Shown piece by piece: positions 39,484 through 52,149 of a DNA stretch of 64,000 bases (positions within the stretch are counted from its first letter, which is position 1; every line of letters starts with the position of its first letter). Below the pieces are notes generated by a model. That model worked only from the letters and a program-made list of their open reading frames with translations, was not told the origin of the DNA and did no database searches. Source of the stretch: Amphiscolops sp. MND2022 (lineage: Eukaryota); NCBI GenBank assembly GCA_964187785.1, contig OZ076409.1, positions 83,392,001 through 83,456,000 of the forward strand. The letters run 5' to 3'. The position numbers and the translations under genes were made by a program.

Positions 39484-42400
39484 CTGAAACAAAAGTTGAA
39501 ACCATTAATATGAACTTTGACGATAAAGAACTTCAAGGTTAGCAATCCATTGGCATAATGTAACAATTTTAAATTAAAAAAGGAAACTCTTGAACATTTT
39601 ATAATGCCTTTTTAGATAACGCAATATACCAACCCAACTCCGATTATTTTTAAAGTTACAAGTGTTACATCATCGGCCTTTAGAGGTCACGGCTGGAAAT
39701 AGAAAGTTGTTGATAAACAGAACTTTAACATAGCCTGATTGTTTCGATGTATTCAGTTGATGTGTTTGTTACTTAGCATATGCATCATTTGCTTCATATG
39801 CATCTTCGTTTTTTACCGAGAATATTCTTTTTTTACCGAGAAATCATTTACGTTGCCTGATTTATCAATAGTTGAATTTGTCTTGAATGAGCTTGGAAAC
39901 TTCGAATTTCGAAACTTCAACTTTTTCCACCACTGAATTTCCACAATTCTAGACTGCAGACTTTACTCAAGCTCTACTCAAAAATTTCCTTGGGCTAGGA
40001 AAGTCCGTAACAACATATAAATATGAAATTTTGATTATGTTATTCAGTTTTCAAGTTCAGTTGTGGCCGGTTGGGATTGGATTGGAAAATCACGGTAGAA
40101 TCAATTTGGCTATTTTCTCAAAGCGATTTGGGTGGTTAGTTTGACCCTGGAATTTTATGTGCCATTGATTCCCAGCAAAACATAGAGCACGCTTTTCACT
40201 CGAAATTTGCCACTTTTTAAATCTTCTGACTGTTTAAACAATAAACATAAGGGGTCTCGCTGACAGGGTCACTTACCGACTAAAATACACAAAACAAGAA
40301 ATGCTTAGTTTGAGTTATTCTAGTTTTTGAGAAATAACCTAGAAGTTATTAATGAAGAGAAAATTTTGTTTTGCCTGGATTCTGAGCAGCTCAGAGCTGG
40401 ACGTTCATTCAACATGAGGATAGTGTTTGTAAGATTTGGTAGTAAGCTCTGGGAGAGCTCAGACGCTTGTTAAAATGGAGTCACCGAAGCGTGAAGAGAG
40501 AATTAAATTGGGAGAAAACCGGGAAAGAATTTAAGGAGAAATTTGCAAGTTGTGGTTGTAGTTGCGAGAAGTGTTGTTGTTTTCTTTTGCTGGCTTCATT
40601 GTCTTGTTCCGCTTCGTATCTTGTTTTCTATCTTTGCTTCTCAAGTCTGCTTTTTGCTTCTGGTTTGAGGAGAGCAGTTTTGTTAGTTAGTTAGTTTGCT
40701 GGGTTGGCTTTGGCTTGGTTTTGTTTGGGGCTGACAAGTTATTGGTGTCCGCAACGATAACAGCAAAAAGGCATGAAAGGCGACCATCTAGACACCAGGT
40801 AAGTAAAGTAAGTGGCTAGCCACACCCCCCCCCCCCCCAATAGGTGTCTACCATGTTTTCTTTATACCTGTTTAATCAACCGTTTAATCTGCGCGCACAC
40901 CGGGGTTTTAAAAACGGTTATTACCAATTCTCGATCGGGCCCTTATCGGCATAATTTGATTTACAGAGAAAGAGAAGTTTGAGCAAGCAGCGCAAATTCA
41001 AGAAGTTTTCCAACACTAATTAGCCCGCGCAAGTTGCCGCAAACATTGACTGGCGCTGTGTGTTGTCTTTACAAACCAGCGTGTCTCAAATACCATGATA
41101 CCCTAGGCCGTGGTCGCTAACAAGCGTAGCGCAACCGTGCTTTGAACTCAGAAATCCTTCCCTATCCCGCTTTGGATTGCGCCACTGGATTGTGACGTTA
41201 AACCCTCCTCGGAGCGGCGCACTTTTTCATTCCAATCGAGCCAGGAACAAACACCGCTTGTTTACAAAGACACTTTCCTTGAATTAGTAAATAACCAAAC
41301 AAATACACTATATTGTCAACATTTGTTTAACAGCAAAACTGTCGGCCAATTAGATCCCCTGGGTTTAAGGGATTTGAGAAACTTACTAACTAAAACCCTG
41401 AAGCTCAGCGCCCCACTGATAAACACGCACGGACCTTTTACTGAAGCGTGACTTTAATCATATTGAATAAACAATCATTACGCCAAATATCCAACACTGA
41501 AATGACGCTCGCACCAAAATTTCCATGAAATTGGAAACTTAGAGAAACGTTTTGAAATTCAAACTGAATGTCTTAAGTCCTTCCAAATCAAGGGCGAAAA
41601 ATCTTCCATATACCTTTTGCGTATAACACAATCGAAGCTCTGAAAAAATTTTAAAGCATATTTTTTTTCAGTTCGGGAAGTTCTAAAATTATGTATAATT
41701 TCGAAACAACCTTCCCGTTTTCGATTCCATAGCACAAACCAGTGAGATTTTTTTAAAAACTAGATTATTATTTTTTAAATAAAAAAACAGGAAAATTGGA
41801 TGCATTATTTGGGATTTGTTAGTTGAATAATAATCCGTTGGTGCCATCGCTAATCTGGCGGAGGTAGAGTGATGCATTGAGGAAGAAATGGAGGTTGAAA
41901 GAGAGAAAGAGAGAGAGAGAGAGGGAGGTAATTAGGTGTTTATGAATAAATAGGATGTGAGAATGGGGAGAAGGAATATTTCCTTGCTTTATGGTCTCAT
42001 TTGCTTCAAATCTCCAAACTAATCTGTATAAATTACTTGGGTACGGTCATTTCAACCAGCTTAGTACTACAGTTGGCCCAAGAACGCACTCCGATTGCGC
42101 TTATTAGCACTTTGGGAATAGTAAATCTTGCTTCTTACAATGGGCCAAATTCCGTCCCTACAATTAAGATTGACGCAATCGGCTCCATGGAAACACTTAA
42201 TTATCACCAAATAGAAGAAAACCCGACGCCGACATTCCTAATGCACTATAACATACTCTGTTCTGTACTCACCTAACTCTCTCTTTATACGTCCTGTATT
42301 CCCACTGAAAAGTACCCCTAAGTGAATACCCCTGCTTGTGTTTATAAATTTACGAAATATACCCGGGCCCCCTCCTGTAAACTGTATATATGCCCCTTTT

Positions 42401-42810
42401 GTAAAAAAAAATATAGATCCCAACACGGCCAAGTCACATCTGATCATCTGATGATGCATATTAGATTTTTTTAAATGGACAAAAAATAGGCGAGTATTTA
42501 TTTACTCAATAGCTCGATTGTATTTTGAGGAATTTTCAACAGTTTGTTTTTTCTGGGTAATCCTGCGACTCAAGAGGCTCGTGTGGTGTAAATGGGGCAT
42601 TAGTTGTTTTGAACTATAACGGATTGAGGGTTAAAAATTAACTTCAAAGTTATTGATTAGGTTATTTGGTTTGTAAACATGCATCATAAAGGCAGGAGAA
42701 TAGCGGCGAGATTAAATTACAAAAGTTCTGATGAAATATTTTGTCTAGTCTCCGTTAGAGTTAGCTTAGCCTGTCTTTAGCCTGTCTCGAAGGTTTGGCT
42801 TTTTACTTAC

Positions 42811-42864
42811 CAACGTGTCTGTATCTTGGTCGCTGTACAAGTTGTTTTTATCGGAAGCGATTCC
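42811..42864 (-). CDS. Meis: Meis exon 4 (GIASDKNNLYSDQDTDTL)
   Basis: tttcag|GGA ... TTG|gtaagt; 54 nt, phase 0/0; positionally equivalent to the short ...SSNPELDNL exon of other Meis genes. Confidence 0.85.
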
Positions 42865-43525
42865 CTGAAACAGACAACAAAGGTGTTACATTATTATACA
42901 TTATACTTTTTATACAAACACATTTTGTAGATATTGTATTAATAGACTGCTGCTGAACAAGATAGTATATAATTCGAATATATAGATCAGGGTATTAGAC
43001 GGTGTCGGAGGGATATAGGTCCAGTATAGGTGTAGGTATAGTGCGAACTTCAAAGGGTATCGGCTGATATTGATACTGCAGCTGATAATCGGATCAGGGC
43101 AGGGCAAACGGACATAAATTAACGCTGTTTGCAAACCATCAGAGGGGCAAACAGATCACAAACAAAAGTCAATATAATCATCAACTGATGAAAAGAATGT
43201 TGCTTCGTTTCGTCTGCCTGTTTGTATTCATAAAGCACACAGCAAAGAGAACCCTCCCGGTTTTAACCCAGCCGAAGCCCAAATTTGTTCAGACAACAAA
43301 CTTATTCAAACTATTCTCATAACTCAATTGATACCACCCTAAAATTAGAATAACCTAAACAAGTTCAATTTCCTTCTTCCCTTCTTCGCCTGTATGTACA
43401 GCACAACTCACTTCCTCTTTGCATTCTAAATTTCAGTCTGAGTTTCTCCAAATTTGAAATTTTACCACATTCATAAGTCAAATCAAAGTTGTCATTTGAT
43501 TTCAGCAAACCAATAACTGGAATTA

Positions 43526-44305
43526 TTATTTTCCGCCCATATTTCATATGGGAAAGGAAAATATTTAAATCAAACGGGTTTTTTTTTTTACAAAATTTGC
43601 CAAGAATTATTGTTTACGTAATATGAAGAAGTACATTCACAGAATTCCACTGACATAAATTTAGTTCCATGCGATATGTATTTGTAAAGATTTTTGGACT
43701 TTTTTGGGAATGACGGAAATGACCCCATAATGACCCAAAAATGACCCCGAAAATGACAAAAATTCAAAACTTTCCCAATTTTCACCGTTTTCATGCATTT
43801 TTTGCCATTTTTTCGATAAACATCGTCGATTAGAATGTTGAAAACGTTCAACAAGGCCCGAATTCGTTGTCCAATAGTATTCTGAAGAGATAAATGCGGT
43901 TTTTTAAAAGAAAAATTACCAAAAAAATGACAAAAATTCCAAAATTTTTCGACTTTTAACGTTTTTATGCAATTTTTGTCAAATTTTCGATAGACTTCGT
44001 GGATTAGAATGTTGGAAACGCTTAACGTGACAGGAATGGCAGGAATTCGTTGTCCAGTATGCTTTTCCGAAGAGATAATGACTGTTTTCTAAATGAAAAA
44101 TATATCAAATTGAAACCGAAAATGACAAAAAACCCAAAATTTTCCAATTTTCAAAGTTTTTTATGCAATTTTTGTCAAATTTTCGACAGACTTCGTAGAT
44201 TGGAATGTTGAAAAGAGTCAACAAGGAACAAATTTGTTGTCCAGTAGTCTTTTTCGAAGAGATTAGGGGCGGAAAATATCCCGCTGGTCCGCGGGCGTCT
44301 TGTTT
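43526..44305 (+). mobile_element. Non-autonomous Helentron/HINE-like element, family B
   Basis: subTIR TATTTTCCGCCC (43527) / GGGCGGAAAATA (44267), hairpin CCCGC-TGGTCC-GCGGG, then CGTCTTGTTT; three internal ~190-bp subrepeats. Confidence 0.8.
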
Positions 44306-47300
44306 ATTTCTATAAATCAATATAACTGAGAATTATTTTTTGCAAATTTTTGGAGTGTTCGTGACATTTTTTTCATTACAGTTATCTGATTCTTGTATTT
44401 TTTGTGCAGCATGAAAAAAATCAGAGCAAAACCACATTTTGATACTTTTACAACACACACTAGATTTTTTTTGATGAAAACGATTTTTTTCAGGTGGTCA
44501 TTAACTACAACCACAATCTGAAGCGAGTAGTTATGTTAATGCTTTTAGTAGTTATATTTGTATATGAGAAAAGAGAACATTAAAAAGAAGAAAGGGGAAA
44601 AAGGAAAAAAGCGGAAAAAGGAAAACGCGGGAAGAGTGAGCCAGTGTGGACTGGAGAGGAAGAGGAATGAACAAATTTAGATTTAGGGAGAGGAAAGGAG
44701 AGGATAGTAGTAGAGGGGGTTATTTTTTTTACCTGTGCCGGGCTGTTCTGGCGGGGGCTCAGTTAATGAATAGGGAGAACGACGACATTAAGCAATGGTT
44801 GCAACCAGGAGTGTCAATTGATTTTCATGGAGATTTTAAAAATTCCAAGATAGTACATTTCAATAACATCTGGACTATGTTTTGTTCTGCTCTCGCAAAT
44901 GGCTCTGATAATTTGAACACTTAACCTCAACAACCAAGATGCATTGTTACAAATTTACTACTGCCTTAATAAAAGCCTTTTTAAATTTTCCAAGATAACT
45001 TAATTCCAACAACAACTACATTCTATTCACCTTTCTACTCCGCGTTGCTCCTTCCTATTTCTACCCCTACATACTAGTCCATATTCCAACAACCACCCCC
45101 CTCACTCTCTCTCTTTCTCCCCCTAACAATCTTTTCCATATACATTTTTCCAGACTTTGCCACTTAGCTCTGTATCCCTTATCCAGAGGCTCTGGTTCTT
45201 TGTTTTGTTCACATTTCCACAATTACCTCTCACATGTTTTGACTGGCATAGTAATTTTAGATATAATCACAAAATAACCCCCGAATGGAAAGCTATACTA
45301 CAAAAATCTACAATTTTCAGGCGACTTTTTGTCTGTTTATCCCGTCACGAATAACAAAATTGCATGTCCTTTTCACGGAAAGTCCTCAATGCGCGCAGTA
45401 ATGAACCTTCGCTGTAATTAAATAAACAACAACCCGAGATTCTAAAATGTATAGGAGAACGTATAAGTGGAAAAGCGCCCTATAGTTATTATTTTATCAA
45501 ATTTCGTCCAAAAATTAGCAACACAACTTTTCTTTAATTTTTTTAATCCTCCTGTGAATATATATGCTCTCATTTTGCACCCAAGGCGAAACGCAGTATC
45601 AACTAAATTTGATGGAAATTTAGTCCGGCTAAATTTTCCAGACTCTGGACAAGTGTGAACAACTACGTGAACAAGTCTGGAAGAGGAAAAGGTGTTGAAA
45701 TTGATGGTACCGTTCCGAAGCAAACAGGGAGTGTCACTAATCATATATATTGCCTCACTTTTCTCCAGGCGCCTTTTAGGAGTATCAATTTTTGCTATTG
45801 CTCCACTGGTTATAAAAGGAAAAATAACAACATTTACTTATTCTACTTTCCAGAGGATTAATAAATATTTTTATACTTATGGCAAAGAAGTATTATACGG
45901 TGAAAAATTATAGAACACCTTTAAAATTTATCCTATACTGCAAAATACTCTTTTACATAAAACTAGAAACAAAAGGAACAACCTAAAAGTGGATTTAAAA
46001 ACAATACACTCCAATAAAATTTTGGCTACTTTTTCAAACCAAGTTATCATCAGAACCAAACGATAAGGACGTATTGTAAAATGCAACATTACATGTCTCT
46101 CATAAATTTCAATGGAAAATTGTTTGAAAAAATTAAACACATTGTGTCGTGGAGCTATGCAAATTTTTACATAATTTTCTGTAAAAGGCCTATTTAGAGT
46201 TGAAAAAAAAAACAAGTATTGCGAAATAAAAGGAAGTAAAGATGACGAGATAAAGATGAATGTATTATAGTTCCATCTCATAGCACCCATGTTTTTTGCT
46301 GCCAACTCTTTTGTGCCCGCCCGCCCGGGGATATTCCTTGTTTTTTAAATTAGCCTGACCCATTTGGGGGGGAAAGAGAAAGAAAAAAACTGGGTTGGGT
46401 GTCGTTCACGGGAGAGCTCATTTGTGGTTTTGGAACTCCCATTAACCCAACAATTAAAATGTATCGATCGCAGATATGCACATTATGCACTGAGCGCACA
46501 AGTGAAATTCTTCATTTTGACCTAATTTAGTTAGGTACTTTTTAGAATCCACGTTCTTTTTCCATACGTTTTACCCAAGCCAAACTCCCAAATTATTCGT
46601 GAAAATGGGCTACCAATTTCAACCAAACTGCTGCGCAAATGCTCGTATGATTAATTAGACTACTTTTTTTTCGGTAAAGTGAAATAAACTAATATTATTA
46701 AGATCACAGACTCAATGAAAACACAGTCTTGAGGAAAAAAATGGAAACGATTTTAAAAAAAAACTCGAGATATGTTTTTATTAAATTGCAAGTTCTTCCA
46801 AAAATGAAGTAATATTTTGTGATTAATAACCTTATTTGTAGCATTTTGTGGTTTTTCAAACACAATTTTCTAACGTTGGATTATAAGTTTCGTTGCTTAA
46901 ATAACCGCAACTTTGCCATTTTTTCTTGCTCTTGAAAATTTGGGACAGCAGCAATTAACTGGATGCCACAAATTGCACAAAAATTTTAATTATTTCAATT
47001 TTTTTCGAATTTTAAACCAAATTTACTTTTGAAAAGCAAAAATTATAGCATAGTATCCAACTTTTCATTATTCCAGTGACTCAATAAAAATATTGTTCAT
47101 CTAGGCGAAATGAAATTTCAACTGAAAAGTGATTTCAACTCCAATTAACTTAAATTTCGCTTAAATGCTTTCTAATTAAATTCAACACCTGAAATTTGCG
47201 TAGATTGAAACCGGTAAACATTAAATCCATTCAGACAAATTAATTTATGCATTAGAACTTATGCAGCAAAAAATCAAGTTCTCAGCTATTTTTTTCTGAG

Positions 47301-47720
47301 TTCAACCTCACTGAAAAAGTGAAACTTTTTCACCAATGCACATTAAATGGAAGTTTCTCTCCGAATTAAATTAATTTTTCCAAAAGCTTGACAGTAGTAA
47401 TAGTAGTTCAATATTTTTATATTTTTTTCAGCAAATTATATTTTTTCTTTCCGATGCTCATATGGCAAGCGCTAGACCATAGCAAGAACTTGATTTAAAA
47501 GTGGAAGAAAATGTCTTACAGAATCGAATGCATTTTTGACAAAAAATTGGTAATTTAAATGTGTAATTTATTTCCTGTTATTCAATTAAGAGAATAAGAA
47601 CTTTTGAAAAAAAGAACCGATAAAGACTAAAAAAAAGTTACAAGTTTCATATCCCGATTAACTTATTTGTGAAATATAAACAGAATTTGCTGATAAATTT
47701 CTAAAAATGCAATGACTCAC

Positions 47721-47871
47721 ATCGAAGAGTTGTTTGGAAAAAACTTGGATGTCTTCATTGAAGGACTGACTGGAGCAGATATCGGCGCCGGCCATGCCTG
47801 GTTCACGCGGGGTGCACGTGGCCAGCTCACACTTTTCGAAGATCAGGTCCAGCAGGGGGAACAAAGGGTGA
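47721..47871 (-). CDS. Meis: Meis exon 3, MEIS-A ([25 protein letters not shown]...FSKQLFD)
   Basis: tttcag|T CAC CCT ... GAT|gtgagt; highly conserved Meis/PKNOX N-terminal motif. Confidence 0.96.
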
Positions 47872-48328
47872 CTGAAACATCAAACGTCACGTGACTTAGA
47901 CTCACAAAGCAATACCGTGAATGTCTGCTTTGAGTCAAGCGATACCGACACCTTTTAAGGTTGCTCTACTTCGTAATTGAATTAGGAGTTGCTTTAATCG
48001 TTTGTAATTAATTGATTGGAGCGAATTGACAGAAGTTTCCGGTGAACAGGGAGAAAAATTCGCGGAAGATATAAGTTTTAATTCAATCAATTTTTACTCG
48101 GACCAGCAGATCGTTTCTGTTTTGAACAACAAAGGGCAAGGAAATCAAAACTGAAAAATGCTAATTGAGTTTAGTAAAAGTTAGGTTGTTTAAGACGTTC
48201 AAGATTTTGGATTCGAGCAAAACAAATCGTTATTTAGATTAATTGGTCTAGAATACCAGTAAAGAATGCTTTATAAAAAGAGGCATCTAAAGAAGAAAAC
48301 AATATTTAGAAAAATGAAAGTCACTTAC

Positions 48329-48690
48329 TTATAGACTGCATCTTTTTCTTGACTGCACGCTTCCTGTTGGTTATTGGGCCCGGGGGGAGGTTGCTGCACA
48401 CCTGTGTGGTGGGGGGCGATTGAACCCAGAGGGTTGGTCGCCAGACTGTTGTGAGGGGGGATACCAGAGCCGACTCCCCCTGAGGGGTAACCCTGGGTTC
48501 CTGACGAAGAGGGGAGCTGGGGAGGCTGTTGGTTGGACGATACAGGTGTGTGATATAAACTGGCTGCCGCAGATGCGTGCTGCAGGGATCCATGGGCGGA
48601 GGATTGGGTGTCGTATTGACTACCTGTGGGTCCACCCCCGCTATCAATGGTCAGGGGGTACTGGCAAGGTACTGAAGTGGGTTCTTCGTA
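48329..48690 (-). CDS. Meis: Meis exon 2 (YEEPTSVPCQ...QEACSQEKDAVY)
   Basis: ttttcag|TAC ... TAT AA|gtaagt; 362 nt open; ends at the start of the MEIS-A box. This frame is not in the ORF track. Confidence 0.9.
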
Positions 48691-49539
48691 CTGAAAAGTT
48701 TAAACATCAAAAATTTAACTGATTTCTCTTACCTGAGCTTGATGTAAATGCAGAACGTGTAACACAAATCTATTTAAAAAAAGACGAGCCATGTAAAACT
48801 TATCATTTTTCCTCAAAAAAATTCAAGAAAATCTCGGTTTGCCGAAATTAGCAAACCAACATTTCAAAGTTGAATTCAAGAAAAAAGCGATATCAAGCTT
48901 TAGACAGATGAAACCTACAATGATAAACGTTTGAGTGACGGTTTTTGAACAGATTGGAAAATATGTTAGGGAGAAAATGAAGGCATGGATGTTTGAAGAT
49001 TAGACGTAACAAAGATTAAGAAGCTAGGTGAAAGTACTGCAGGCTGATTGAGGAGTGACTGTTTGGGAGGCAGGCGGTGAAGAGCCGAGCCTATGATCAG
49101 AAGGGTTCTAAGCACGTGGGGTGCATTGTTGTAGGGTGACATGGGTTGAGAGGTGGCTTGTCAACATGGGGGGTGATTGGGTGTCAGCAGGTGACAATCG
49201 ATAAGAAAGAAAGGCTGATTGAGTAATTGAAAAAAGGGAGAATTTTCGACAGATCACGACAAGACAAAAAGATTGGGCTGATGTGTTGGGTTGAACAAAC
49301 CTGGGATACAACAACATATATAAGATGCAACATATATATGTATGTGTATGTATGTACCTACATATGTGCGAGTATGGAAAAGTGCCAGAAAGAGGGGATA
49401 TTGAGTATGTTAGGTTGTAGCCGCAGTTGTTGTCGTGATTGAAGTAATAGTGAGATACATACATACAGATATACTTACAAGACAAGCACAGAAAAGAAGA
49501 AAGAAAGAAAGAGTAGGGACAGAAGAAAATCAGACTTAC

Positions 49540-49554
49540 CCTTAGACTGTTCAT
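49540..49554 (-). CDS. Meis: Meis coding exon 1 (MNSLR)
   Basis: ATG AAC AGT CTA AGG|GTAAGT. Mirrors the very short MAQR| first coding exon of vertebrate Meis; phase 0 fits exon 2, which starts with Y. Confidence 0.8.
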
Positions 49555-49679
49555 GGCTAGTGATTATTGTAGACAGTTTTTCGACAGTTCTGACAATCTA
49601 ACAACACCAACTAAAGCGCTCTGTCATAAAATCTTCAACGCGGTCCCCTTAAGCACAGACTTTAGATCACAATTCTCTT

Positions 49680-49740
49680 CTCTCATTGGCCAATCCGCGT
49701 CAGCTTGTCATAACGATCAACTGAGTTCTTATTGGATCCA
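49680..49740 (-). promoter_or_regulatory. Candidate Meis proximal promoter with CCAAT boxes
   Basis: Palindromic ATTGGCCAAT (49685-49694) and a further ATTGG (~49732), 130-180 bp upstream of the ATG in a locally GC-richer segment. The transcription start site cannot be determined. Confidence 0.35.
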
Positions 49741-52149
49741 GCAACGCCGCCGCTGCCACCGCTCTCCTCCGTCTCTTCTTTCAACCGTACGTCGCAGCAA
49801 GCCACCACTGCTCTGCTCTTCTGATAGGTAAATTCAGCCAACGCCACTGGTTCCATCCACTCAGCCTCTGCTTGCCAGCCAGAGATACTAGAGAGCCAGA
49901 TCAGCAAGCCAGACAACAAACGTGACTGTACCGGTAATGCACCACGCCAGTACTGGTTACTGGCCACAGTAATTTCGAAAGCAAAAAAAACAACCCGAAT
50001 TGTGAATTAAAATTACACTCCCGAAGTATCGGGCAAGCCGCATTTGAATATTGTACAAATTATTGTACTTCAGGTTAATTTTTTCTACATAAATTTTTTT
50101 TTCACAGAAAAACGAATCCGTTTTTGTTGAACCAGCTCGTTTTTCGTATTTTTCTGTCTGCCCACATTTTCTTATTTCTATTTACCTTATGACACCCTAT
50201 CTTCTGGGGAAATTCCCAGTTTCGGTAGTGAATAATATTTGTACACCCCTCCCGCGCAGACTAGAAGGTGAAGCGGTCGTGGTTTTTGACTATATGTGAC
50301 ATCGATGGGAGAGCTTTAGTGCGTGTGTCAGGATTAAAGGAAGGCGGGTCATTAAAGCTGGCAGCGCGCGCTGGTCAAAGAAGCCAGGCGGTGGTCCAGC
50401 CAATATATACAGATACGTACCCCCTCTTCCAAACCTCTTCCCTCTCAGCGTCGTTTCGATTGTTAGTTGTTTTGCCGGAGCATTGCTGCCGCCATTGATT
50501 TATAAGCCGCCTTAGAGAGGGTTGTTTTTTGTTATTGTTGTTGTTTTTAAATTTGTATAAACTGCGCTATGTTTTTGTTGTTGGTGGCGCTTGTGTTGTT
50601 TTTATTGAGATAAAGTTACCGCACCGAACAATAGACAGCGAGAGAGTTAACAGAATTATGAATGGGAATTTGTTTCCTTATATTCAAGCTCAGGATCAAC
50701 GCTAACAAAAAACGCGAGATTTTGACAGAAGGCTAATCTGCGTTAAAGTCTATATCAATTAGGCCAGCCACCAAATATCACATTCTTAATAATCATTCCA
50801 GTCATAATCTCCTGCAAAACACCTAATTGGGAATAAGGCCTTTATGAACTTGAGTTATTCTCCCTGAGGTTTGTTCACTGAACAAACAGACATAAAAAAT
50901 CGAACAGGGTTTATTTAGGATTTGTTGTTAAATCAAGGCCCAAACAGCTTTGCTTCACTGAAAGAATTCACTAATGCTACTAATCTTGGGCTTTGCCACA
51001 GCTATAACACAATGGCCCCAAACAGATGTACGGAACTCGTTTTGAAAAAAGTGTAACCCCTCACGGGACCGTGAAACTATAGGTAGTTTGAGGAAGGTTT
51101 CAATGCTGAACTGATCACTCAGTTGTTCGTTTTTGTGACGTAGATCTTTTCTGAAATGAGACATCAGTAGAAAGAGGTTTTTGTGATCCTGTTTTTTCAA
51201 TAGTTGGATGTTCCATTGATGAACAGTTTTATGTCAAGATGAAAGGAATTTCTCGGCAGTCAATTTTAATTTTTAAAAAGACAACAAAAAAGAATTACAT
51301 CTTTTGGGGAAAGCTCGAGCTAACACAATACTAGTTTTTGCTTAAAGATAGTCCAGCAGAACTGCTGGACGAGGAAAACGTTACGAGAATTGCTAGTTTC
51401 AGAAACAATGAATATGAAAAAAAACATGAGACGTTGAATTGTCTTTTTATCGATTCCTTTTTCTGCCACTAAATTGTGAACATCATTGCAAAAGATCAAC
51501 TCATCAAAACTCAATTGAGTAGATATAAATTCTGTATGTAGTTGGTTGCACACTAAAGTTCAACCTGTTAATTTTTCGCCCAGGTTTTCTATGGGATGGT
51601 AAAATATCAACATCAGCCGCGGCTTTTGTTTTTTTTTGAAAATGCGATGTTTCGAAATTGGACCCAAATTTGAGCGGTTTACCCATCGAAATCAACTGAC
51701 ACATATGTAGTTTCACGCGAGATGTAAATGCACAGGTTTTTGAATTTCTTTGGATGACCCCAAAGTTCTATTCTAATAATCTAACTGATAAGAGAAAAGA
51801 ATATTGTTAAAATTTATATCTCTAGTTCTCGACCGTATTGAACTATATGCAATTGTATAAATGCATCAAATGTAAATAAATGTATTTGGAGTTTGTTTAT
51901 CAACAACTCTATTTACTCTAACTGGTACGTAGACAGTTTGTAGGTTTGTAGACCGAATCTCGGTTGAGGACATGGAAGTCGGAGTGAACCGAATATGACA
52001 CTTTTTTTTCTGCCACTAAACTGTGAACACTCATTCTCAAAAGATCAACTCATCAAAACTCTGCAAATGGAAAAACTGTTTGGGCGTTCCTTTATGTCGG
52101 TTCCACATGGTACCTGTGATATAGATAATGATCGTTAAACATTTTAATT

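Larger units (their letters stand above)
16732..49554 (-). other. Meis: Meis/homothorax TALE homeobox gene, full coding span (13 exons, 709 aa predicted)
   Basis: Hand-assembled exons give MEIS-A ([29 protein letters not shown]), MEIS-B ([38 protein letters not shown]), a TALE homeodomain followed by Meis-type IVQPMIDQSNRA, and C-terminal VMDSIHT*. All introns are GT-AG, phases match, and the total is 2130 nt. Confidence 0.95.

Noticed and set aside
40773..40804. Plus-strand ATG and a perfect CAG|GTAAGT donor, suggesting an antisense gene in Meis intron 4
   Set aside because: A single 9-mer match is expected by chance in a window this size, and I found no partner exon.
43700..44260. Regularly spaced repeats that might suggest a CRISPR array (also 37740-38030 and 4690-5350)
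   Set aside because: The whole units are homologous, with no unique spacers. They are internal subrepeats of eukaryotic repeats, and no cas genes are present.
48321..48722. ORF-track proteins at 48321-48647 (-) and 48420-48722 (+)
   Set aside because: Shadow frames of GC-rich Meis exon 2, whose true frame is different.
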